This document shows positions 6,879-13,620 of a stretch of DNA of 14,452 bases, one piece after another. The notes under the pieces are model-generated. The model worked only from the letters and a program-made list of their open reading frames with translations, did not search any database and was not told where the DNA came from. The position numbers were made by a program, and so were the translations under genes. Location: the NCBI GenBank assembly GCA_038108555.1, contig JAYNIA010000060.1, forward strand, positions 1 to 14,452. The letters run 5' to 3'. This DNA comes from Nitrospinota bacterium. GTDB lineage: Bacteria; Nitrospinota; Nitrospinia; Nitrospinales; VA-1. The number at the start of each line of letters is the position of its first letter. The first letter of the stretch is position 1.

Positions 6879-8936
6879 TTATTTTGTTTCCATATTATTA
6901 TCTGTCCGTGGTTCTGCCCATTGCACGACGCCTTCCCAGACATAAGCCGAGCGGTTGCCACGTTTGACCACCAACCAGTTTTTGTTATTCATTTCAATAT
7001 TTGTTCGGCGGACGAACTCCACTTCTGCGCCTTTTTTCAGGCTGATAATTTTGGGAAAGACCGTCCCCGGTCCTTTGCGCAAGGCAACCCCATCTACGGA
7101 AATTCTTAAAATCTTTTTGGGGTCTACTGGCGGTCGAACCATTTTCGGAGTTGCTTTTTTCTTCACCTCTGCAGGTGCCACAGGGGGTGTCGGCGGTTTA
7201 ACGATGGGTTTTTCCGGGGCTGGAGTAAAAGCCTCCGGCATGGCCATTTTAGGTGCAGCCGGTTTTGTCATGGTTTGTGCGCCTGAAACTGAAGGCATCA
7301 CTGGAGGCACGGTTTTTTCGGTCATGGTCTTCGTTCCTGAAATTGAAGGCATAACCGGAGGTGTTGTCTGCCGGGTTTTTGGTGCTGCTGGTTTTGGCGC
7401 AACGGGAGTTCTTACAGGGGGTGGGGGTGTCGTATCCTTTTCGGGTGGGGGTAAAGATGCCACCACCTCGCCAGGAGAGTCTGAGAATTTTACGAAAATG
7501 GGATTGGAAACCAGATGGTCTGTTGAATTGACCATGGCCTTAACTCGGTAATAGGCGCGTCCCTCTTGTTTGTTTCCAACATCTCTCCAGGTCAACTCAT
7601 AAGGTAGTGAAACGGATTCTTGTTTTACCAATACCCCGTTTCGGATAATTTGGATTTGTGCAGTTTTATTCCCACCCTTAATGGAACGCAATTTTATTTT
7701 AACCGCTGGAAAGTCAGTTGAGGTCAGTTCCTGTCCAAGCGTTGCCTGCTGGCCTGTTTTTTGATCTTGAACGGTAAATTCATCGAGAGAAAGTCTGTTG
7801 TCATCGGCTTGCCGGACGGCATACATGCGGCCTTTTCTCATCGCATCCAAAAGAGTGTCGCGATTTTTTTCACGTACCAGAAAAACGGTTCTTACAGATC
7901 CCAATCGGTCTCCATTCTGGTCCTCACAAAGGTAGTCGTTTCCACCATAACCCCAAACGGGTTGATTGCGTTTGCCCTGCAAGTATTCCATAAGTACCTG
8001 GTCCCATTGCTGCCCTGCCTCCGCCTGTTGGATGGGATCGTCTCCAACCACTTGAAACCCGGTATAGTTTTTTGTTTTTAAAAGATCGTCAGGATGGGGA
8101 GGGGTTTCCAGATTGGTTGTTCCATATTGTCGAGTTCCGTGTTTAGCTTCCATATGGTTCCAGAAAACCAGCGCGCCTTTGGAATTCGCATAGTCGATCA
8201 TATTTTGATATGGCTTCATTCCCTGATCCCCATGATACGCATCAAACGGAGAACTTTTAAAAGGATGGTTGTTGATCGTTAACAATAACAATAGAACCAT
8301 CAAGGGAAAAGAAAGGACACGGACATACCCCTTGTAAACCGCGCCCACACTTACCATAAACAGGAATCCTAGGATTATGAATTGATTGAGCAGGGAGTCG
8401 GTATAGTTTAATGAAAGGTTGCTGTTTTGCAGCGGCAGTTGTTCGTAATCTTCTGCAGAGGATAGCCCGACAATCATCAGGTGTTTGTCCCAATTATGTG
8501 CGGTCAGGTTTTTATCAAAATTACTGCCCGACCAATAATAATGGGGGATGGTTTCTACTCCTGGAATCAGGAGTGTTTGTTTTATCTGTCGATTGTTATC
8601 ATTAATTTCGGAAATAAATCCGGCAGCACCGCGTTGGAGGACAGAAGGCCCTTCAGTGGTGTTTTTGAATATCCGTTCAAAGGGTTTGGCTCCAAATTCT
8701 ATAGAGTTTCTTGCGTAATCCCCGAAGATTACCGCATCAATCCCCATTCTTTCAGATTGGTTGCCAATGTCCTTAACAGAAGCGCAGCCCTCGCTGAAAT
8801 TTGTTTTTATATCTGCGATGCCATCAAGTTGGATATAAATGGCAAAAGAGGAAGAGGGGAAGGCCAGGGCAATCCAGAAAACCAGCAAGACACACCAGCG
8901 ATATAAATTTGAATTTTTAAGTGGGCAAAAAAACAT
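6879..8936 (-). CDS. Exported multidomain protein: signal peptide, degenerate PHP-like (CehA/McbA-type) barrel with inserted TM hairpin, Ig-like domain, Pro-rich linker, C-terminal bacterial SH3 domain
   Basis: Signal peptide ending ...PSSSFA. PHP-spaced motifs GIADIKTNFSEG, IFGDY, IPGVE, KHL, FWNH, GGNDY, LDAMRKGRMYA. Ig-like tail YYRV...SNPIFV. SH3b-like VALRKGPGT.FPKI..LKKGAEV...W..V.....AYVW. Start uncertain (ATG 8936, TTG 8945 or 8957). Confidence 0.8.
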   Translation of the reverse strand: MFFCPLKNSNLYRWCVLLVFWIALAFPSSSFAIYIQLDGIADIKTNFSEGCASVKDIGNQSERMGIDAVIFGDYARNSIEFGAKPFERIFKNTTEGPSVLQRGAAGFISEINDNNRQIKQTLLIPGVETIPHYYWSGSNFDKNLTAHNWDKHLMIVGLSSAEDYEQLPLQNSNLSLNYTDSLLNQFIILGFLFMVSVGAVYKGYVRVLSFPLMVLLLLLTINNHPFKSSPFDAYHGDQGMKPYQNMIDYANSKGALVFWNHMEAKHGTRQYGTTNLETPPHPDDLLKTKNYTGFQVVGDDPIQQAEAGQQWDQVLMEYLQGKRNQPVWGYGGNDYLCEDQNGDRLGSVRTVFLVREKNRDTLLDAMRKGRMYAVRQADDNRLSLDEFTVQDQKTGQQATLGQELTSTDFPAVKIKLRSIKGGNKTAQIQIIRNGVLVKQESVSLPYELTWRDVGNKQEGRAYYRVKAMVNSTDHLVSNPIFVKFSDSPGEVVASLPPPEKDTTPPPPVRTPVAPKPAAPKTRQTTPPVMPSISGTKTMTEKTVPPVMPSVSGAQTMTKPAAPKMAMPEAFTPAPEKPIVKPPTPPVAPAEVKKKATPKMVRPPVDPKKILRISVDGVALRKGPGTVFPKIISLKKGAEVEFVRRTNIEMNNKNWLVVKRGNRSAYVWEGVVQWAEPRTDNNMETK
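7267..7361 (-). repeat. Intragenic tandem duplication, 54-bp period (PPVMPSISGTKTMT / PPVMPSVSGAQTMT)
   Basis: 7267-7307 vs 7321-7361 match at 33 of 41 nt by manual comparison. Confidence 0.85.
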
Positions 8937-9069
8937 TGAAGCCAAAATTTCTCCCAAACAACAAAAATTTAAAATTTCAAGCTCAATCCTTTGGCGGATT
9001 TTATTAAAAATCCTTGTGCCAAAATATTCTTATCCAATTTTAGACCTTAAAATTTATCCAGTCCTCAGA

Positions 9070-9084
9070 AAGTATGATATACTT
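9070..9084 (+). promoter_or_regulatory. Candidate extended -10 (TG-A-TATACT) for the romR-like gene, inside the dyad AAGTAT-GAT-ATACTT
   Basis: TG at 9075-9076, TATACT at 9078-9083, inverted repeat 9070-9075 / 9079-9084. No convincing -35. Confidence 0.4.
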
Positions 9085-9133
9085 AAATGGTTGAGATTGC
9101 ACCCCTTAGCTGTTTAAAAATTGCTTTCAGGGG

Positions 9134-9179
9134 GCCGGAAAAAATAAAAACCGGGAAAATTTCTTTCGATTTTTCCGGC
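9134..9179. repeat. Inverted repeat GCCGGAAAAA / TTTTTCCGGC with a second internal left arm CCGGGAAAAT
   Basis: Perfect 10-bp arms at 9134-9143 and 9170-9179. The segment 9151-9160 can pair with 9169-9178 with one G-U pair. Confidence 0.7.
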
Positions 9180-9289
9180 TTAATTAGCAATCGTCCATTT
9201 GAAATGGTTCAACCGGTTTGAAACTCCAATACCAAAAATTTTCCCACTTCGTGGGCTCGCCAAAATAAAATTCTAATGGGTAGACTTTT

Positions 9290-10798
9290 ATGACATTAAG
9301 AATTCTTGTCGCAGATGACAGTATTACCATCCAGAAAATAGTTGCCATGGCTTTTGAAAATGAAGATGTAGAAGTCGAAGGCATTGGTGATGGGCAGGAG
9401 GCATTGGACAAAATTCCTGAATTTAAACCGGATATAGTTCTGGCAGATGTGGATATGCCCGGACTTGATGGTTTTCAACTGTCAGAGAAAATAAAGGAAA
9501 ACCCAGACCTTGCCAATATAAAGGTCTTACTTTTAGCCAGCGATTTTGAAGATTTCGATGAAGGACGTTTCAATAAATGCCAGGCGGAAAACCATATCTC
9601 CAAACCTTTTAAATCCGATGATATTGTTCAAATGGTGACTCAGGTTATGGAAGGAGCCCAGGCAAAGGCTCCAGCCGAAGAAGTTCTGGTGGATGAAGTT
9701 GCTCCAGTTGAAGAACCTGAGGCGGATGCAGAACCCAGCCTGGAGGAACTTTTGGAATCGGTTGAAAAACTCTCTACCGATGCCTTGGATATTGCGGACG
9801 AAAAGGAACCTGTTGAAGAAATTGAAGATCTGCCCACCCCTGTTGAGCCGGTTGAGGCACATGAACCGGAAGAGGTTCCTGAAGTAGAAGAAGAGATTAT
9901 CGAAGAGCCTTCAACCGTTATCGATGATGATATTTTGAGCGGGATGATTCAGGATGTGGGAAAAGAAATCAGTCAGGATGCGGCAGCCCCTGCCGTCAGT
10001 GATGAAGGTATTTCAGGTGACCAGGTGGCAGAGGTTGAAGAGGAAATTGCCCCTGAACCTGCTTTCACTGGAGATAACGATATTCTCGGTGAAATGATCC
10101 ATGAGGTCGAAACCGAACTGGAAGAGCAAGGTTCTGAACCGGAACCTGTTCTTGAAGAGCAAACATTTGATAACGACATTCTCGGTGAAATGATTCAAGA
10201 GGTGGAAACTGAACTGGAAGAAAAAGTTTCAGAGCCAGAACCTGTTTTTGAAGAGCAAACTTTTTCAGATGAGGTTTTTGCGGAAGTCCAGCCCAGAAAG
10301 ATGGATAACCTCGATGACCTCGATTCTGCTTTCAAAGAGATTGTTGCGCGTGAAGCAAAGAAGGAACCGGTTTCCCAGGTAGAAGCCAAAGAATCTGAGA
10401 TGTCGGCATTAGGAGGCATTGTTCCTGAGCCGGAAGACCTTCTCGAAAGAATGGCCCCCGGAGCGTTTTCAGAATCTGAAAGACGGCCTCACACTCCCGA
10501 AGAAATAGATGAAAACCTCAACTCGATCATAGGTTCGGCTTCCTATGGAGCCACCTCTTATCAGGATTCCCGATTGAAGGAAATGGATTTTGAAAACAAC
10601 GATGACCGATTTATTCAGGTTACCGGTGAGCAGGTAAAGCAGGTTCTGGAGAAGTCGCTGGATTCGTCATTGCAAAAAGAAATGTCTGGCCTGTCTGAGC
10701 TAATTGTGAAGACCATTCGGGAGGTTGTCCGGGAAATCACGCCGGGAATCGCCAGGTCCGTCATCCGCGAAGAGATTGAAAAAATCAAAAAGATTTAA
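9290..10798 (+). CDS. romR: RomR-like polarity response regulator: receiver domain, long acidic disordered linker, conserved helical C-terminus
   Basis: Receiver ILVADDSITIQKIV..F...PDIVLADV.MPG..G...LLLA..FE.FDE.R.....A..HI.KPF closely follows Myxococcus RomR as I recall it (D53, A83, H102, K105). C-terminus IREVVREITPGIARSVIREEIEKI resembles RomR-C (IAWEVVPQLAETIIREELERL). Located directly upstream of valS. Confidence 0.8.
   Translation: MTLRILVADDSITIQKIVAMAFENEDVEVEGIGDGQEALDKIPEFKPDIVLADVDMPGLDGFQLSEKIKENPDLANIKVLLLASDFEDFDEGRFNKCQAENHISKPFKSDDIVQMVTQVMEGAQAKAPAEEVLVDEVAPVEEPEADAEPSLEELLESVEKLSTDALDIADEKEPVEEIEDLPTPVEPVEAHEPEEVPEVEEEIIEEPSTVIDDDILSGMIQDVGKEISQDAAAPAVSDEGISGDQVAEVEEEIAPEPAFTGDNDILGEMIHEVETELEEQGSEPEPVLEEQTFDNDILGEMIQEVETELEEKVSEPEPVFEEQTFSDEVFAEVQPRKMDNLDDLDSAFKEIVAREAKKEPVSQVEAKESEMSALGGIVPEPEDLLERMAPGAFSESERRPHTPEEIDENLNSIIGSASYGATSYQDSRLKEMDFENNDDRFIQVTGEQVKQVLEKSLDSSLQKEMSGLSELIVKTIREVVREITPGIARSVIREEIEKIKKI
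10073..10264 (+). repeat. Intragenic tandem repeat, 2 x 96 bp (32 aa), with a degenerate third copy starting at 9923
   Basis: DNDILGEMIHEVETELEEQGSEPEPVLEEQTF vs DNDILGEMIQEVETELEEKVSEPEPVFEEQTF: 28/32 aa and 83/96 nt identical. Degenerate copy DDDILSGMIQDV. Confidence 0.95.
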
Positions 10799-10883
10799 AT
10801 TCTTTCTTTATGGGTAATTTTTTGATAAAAAGCCCTCTCTCATTTCAATAAAATTAAGCTTATTTTGAATTTCCCGGATATGC

Positions 10884-10910
10884 TTGCCCCAAAATTGGGG
10901 TTTATAGAAT
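10884..10910 (+). promoter_or_regulatory. Dyad CCCCAA-AA-TTGGGG followed by TTTA, overlapping a candidate valS promoter (TTGCCC...TAGAAT); weak terminator or operator
   Basis: Inverted repeat at 10887-10900 and TAGAAT at 10905-10910. The TTGCCC spacer is only 15 nt, so the role is unclear. Confidence 0.3.
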
Positions 10911-10926
10911 TGCTTTTGATTTTTGA

Positions 10927-13578
10927 ATGATTCAACTAGACAAACAATATGAACCCGGTGAAGTAGAAAAACGCTGGGGAAAATTTTGGGAAGAAAAAAA
11001 CTTTTTTCATGCCGATGAAACCAGAGAGTCCTCTGCATTTTCTATCGTCATACCGCCCCCGAATATTACGGGCCGACTCCATATCGGTCACGCCTTCAAT
11101 AACACCCTTCAAGATATTCTTACCCGATGGAAAAGAATGCAGGGTTTTAACGCCCTGTGGCAACCGGGTACTGACCATGCAGGAATAGCGACGCAAAATG
11201 TAGTCGAAAAACAACTGCATGCGGAGGGAACCAACCGCCAGGATTTGGGAAGAGAAGAATTTGTCAGGCGGGTTTGGAAATGGCGGGATGAATCCGGGGG
11301 GACAATCACCGGTCAACTGAAAAAACTCGGATGCTCGTTGGATTGGGAGCGTGATCGCTTTACCATGGACGAAGGTCTGTCAAAAGCGGTGCGAGAAGTT
11401 TTCGTTACATTATATGAAGAAGATCTTATCTATAAGGGCGATTACATCATCAACTGGTGTCCGCGTTGTCATACTGCACTTTCAGATCTTGAGGTGGAAC
11501 ATCAAGATACCCAGGGGCATTTGTATCATTTAAAGTATCCCTTAAAAGATAGCGAAGATTTTCTGGTAATAGCCACGACTCGGCCCGAAACCATGCTGGG
11601 GGACACGGCAGTTGCGGTAAACCCCGAAGATGAGCGGTATCAGGGACATAAAGGAAAAAAGCTGATGTTGCCGGTTTTGAACCGGGAGATCCCGCTCATT
11701 GAAGATGGATATGTGGATACTACTTTTGGTACCGGTGCGTTGAAAGTGACTCCGGCACACGATCCGAACGATTTTGAATTGGGTCAACGGCATGAGTTGG
11801 AAACTATAAATGTTATGAATCCCGATGGAACCATGAATTCCCTCGCAGGTTCAGCTTATGAAGGTTTAGACCGATTTGAGTGTCGCAAAAAGCTGGTGGC
11901 CGACTTAAAAGAGTCAGGAGTTTTAGTCAAGATTGAAGACTTGAACCATTCTGTCGGGCATTGTTACCGTTGTCGAACGGTCGTAGAACCCTATCTTTCC
12001 AAACAGTGGTTTGTGGATGCAAAAACACTTGCCAAACCTGCATTAAAAGCGGTGAAGGATGGAAGTATAAAAATAGTTCCAAAGTTTTGGGAGAATACCT
12101 ATTTCGATTGGATGGAAAACATCCGTGACTGGTGCATTTCTCGACAAATCTGGTGGGGCCATCAAATACCGGCATGGAATTGTGGAGATTGTGGCGAGAT
12201 TATTGTGGCCCGCGAAACCCCTGAATCCTGTACAGCTTGTTCTTCTAAAAATCTGGTTCAGGAAACAGACGTGCTGGACACCTGGTTCAGTTCTGCTCTT
12301 TGGCCATTTTCCACTTTGGGCTGGCCCGAAAAAACCGAAAGCCTCAAACGTTTTTATCCCACCTCAGTGCTTTGTACGGGATTCGACATACTGTTCTTCT
12401 GGGTAGCACGAATGATCATGATGGGCATCAAGTTCATGGGTGATGTTCCTTTTAAGGATGTCTATATTCATGCATTGATCCGTGATGCTGAAGGTCAAAA
12501 GATGAGCAAAACAAAGGGAAACGTGATCGATCCCCTGGAAGTTATGGAGAAGTATGGAACGGATGCGTTGCGTTTTACACTTGCCGCTTTTGCCGCCCAG
12601 GGAAGGGATATTAAACTTGCGGAAGATCGAATAGAAGGTTATCGAAACTTTTGCAATAAACTTTGGAATGCTTCCCGTTTTGTATTTATGAACCTGGAAG
12701 ACTACAAAGGTTCCTGTGTCCTTGATAATACAAATACTTTATCAAAACCGGATCGCTGGATATTGAGTCGGTTGAATCAGGCGACAAAAGATGTGAATGA
12801 GGCTTTGGAGGCTTTCAGGTTCAACGACGCGGCATTAACTGTTTATAAGTTTATTTGGAACGAGTATTGTGACTGGTATATCGAGCTTGCAAAACCCAAA
12901 TTATCCGGATCACCTGAGGAAAGAGCGGCAACACAAAATGTGCTGATTCATGTTCTGGATTCTGCGCTCAAACTCTTGCATCCTTTCATGCCGTTTATCA
13001 CCGAAGAAATTTGGCAAAAACTACCTCAGAATGAAAACAGCATTATGGTCAGTGCCTTTCCTGAGTTTCAGGAATCGCAAACCGATGAAGAAATAGAAAA
13101 AGAAATGCAAGTGATAATGGAAGTCATTACCGGCATTAGGAATATCCGTGGTGAGATGAATTTGAATCCGGGATTGAAATTAAACGTATTAATTAAAACC
13201 CAAAACCCCGAAATTCAAAAATCCCTGCTGGATCAGGTTGATTATATAAGGGAATTGGCCCGAGTGGAACGGATGGAAGCAGGCTCAAATATAGAAAAAC
13301 CCAAGGTGTCTGCGTCTTCGGTTCTCGGAGAAATGGACCTGATTATTCCTCTCGAAGGTCTGATGGATTTTGAAGAAGAACGCAACAGGGTAGAAAAAGA
13401 GTTGAAAAAAATTGAAAAAGACCTCATATTTTTAGATAAGAAACTATCCAACCCGAATTTCGTTAAGAAAGCACCTGCCGAAGTTATCGAAAAGGACGAA
13501 CACCGAAAGACTTCACTTTCTGAAAAGCAGGCAAAGCTTGAAATTCATTTGAAAACCATTAAACAGGGTTTATGTTGA
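10927..13578 (+). CDS. valS: Valine--tRNA ligase
   Basis: PPPNITGRLHIGH (HIGH motif), PGTDHAGIATQ, ATTRPETMLGDTAVAV, DWCISRQIWWGH, DVLDTWFSS, KMSKTKGN, anticodon-binding domain and C-terminal coiled coil (KLSNPNFVKKAP). Confidence 0.99.
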   Translation: MIQLDKQYEPGEVEKRWGKFWEEKNFFHADETRESSAFSIVIPPPNITGRLHIGHAFNNTLQDILTRWKRMQGFNALWQPGTDHAGIATQNVVEKQLHAEGTNRQDLGREEFVRRVWKWRDESGGTITGQLKKLGCSLDWERDRFTMDEGLSKAVREVFVTLYEEDLIYKGDYIINWCPRCHTALSDLEVEHQDTQGHLYHLKYPLKDSEDFLVIATTRPETMLGDTAVAVNPEDERYQGHKGKKLMLPVLNREIPLIEDGYVDTTFGTGALKVTPAHDPNDFELGQRHELETINVMNPDGTMNSLAGSAYEGLDRFECRKKLVADLKESGVLVKIEDLNHSVGHCYRCRTVVEPYLSKQWFVDAKTLAKPALKAVKDGSIKIVPKFWENTYFDWMENIRDWCISRQIWWGHQIPAWNCGDCGEIIVARETPESCTACSSKNLVQETDVLDTWFSSALWPFSTLGWPEKTESLKRFYPTSVLCTGFDILFFWVARMIMMGIKFMGDVPFKDVYIHALIRDAEGQKMSKTKGNVIDPLEVMEKYGTDALRFTLAAFAAQGRDIKLAEDRIEGYRNFCNKLWNASRFVFMNLEDYKGSCVLDNTNTLSKPDRWILSRLNQATKDVNEALEAFRFNDAALTVYKFIWNEYCDWYIELAKPKLSGSPEERAATQNVLIHVLDSALKLLHPFMPFITEEIWQKLPQNENSIMVSAFPEFQESQTDEEIEKEMQVIMEVITGIRNIRGEMNLNPGLKLNVLIKTQNPEIQKSLLDQVDYIRELARVERMEAGSNIEKPKVSASSVLGEMDLIIPLEGLMDFEEERNRVEKELKKIEKDLIFLDKKLSNPNFVKKAPAEVIEKDEHRKTSLSEKQAKLEIHLKTIKQGLC

Positions 13579-13620
13579 CCCGTAGAGAAAAGTTGCCCTT
13601 TCTCCACTTCTCATTTATTT

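Noticed and set aside
6955..7551. 198-aa plus-strand Gly-rich ORF
   Set aside because: Antisense shadow of the Pro-rich linker: Pro codons read as Gly on the opposite strand and stops are scarce.
9005..9022. Sigma54 promoter (TTGGCAC on the minus strand)
   Set aside because: The -12 TTGC element is missing (reads TGGCAC-AAGGA-TTTT).
10073..10264. Repeats as a CRISPR array or mobile element
   Set aside because: In-frame coding duplications with mostly synonymous differences. No spacers, cas genes or transposase.
10799..10926. T-box riboswitch upstream of valS
   Set aside because: Only 128 bp and no TGGNACC T-box consensus.
13576..13610. Selenocysteine recoding of the valS UGA
   Set aside because: ValS is already full length at this point and the downstream stem is short and not recognisably SECIS-like.
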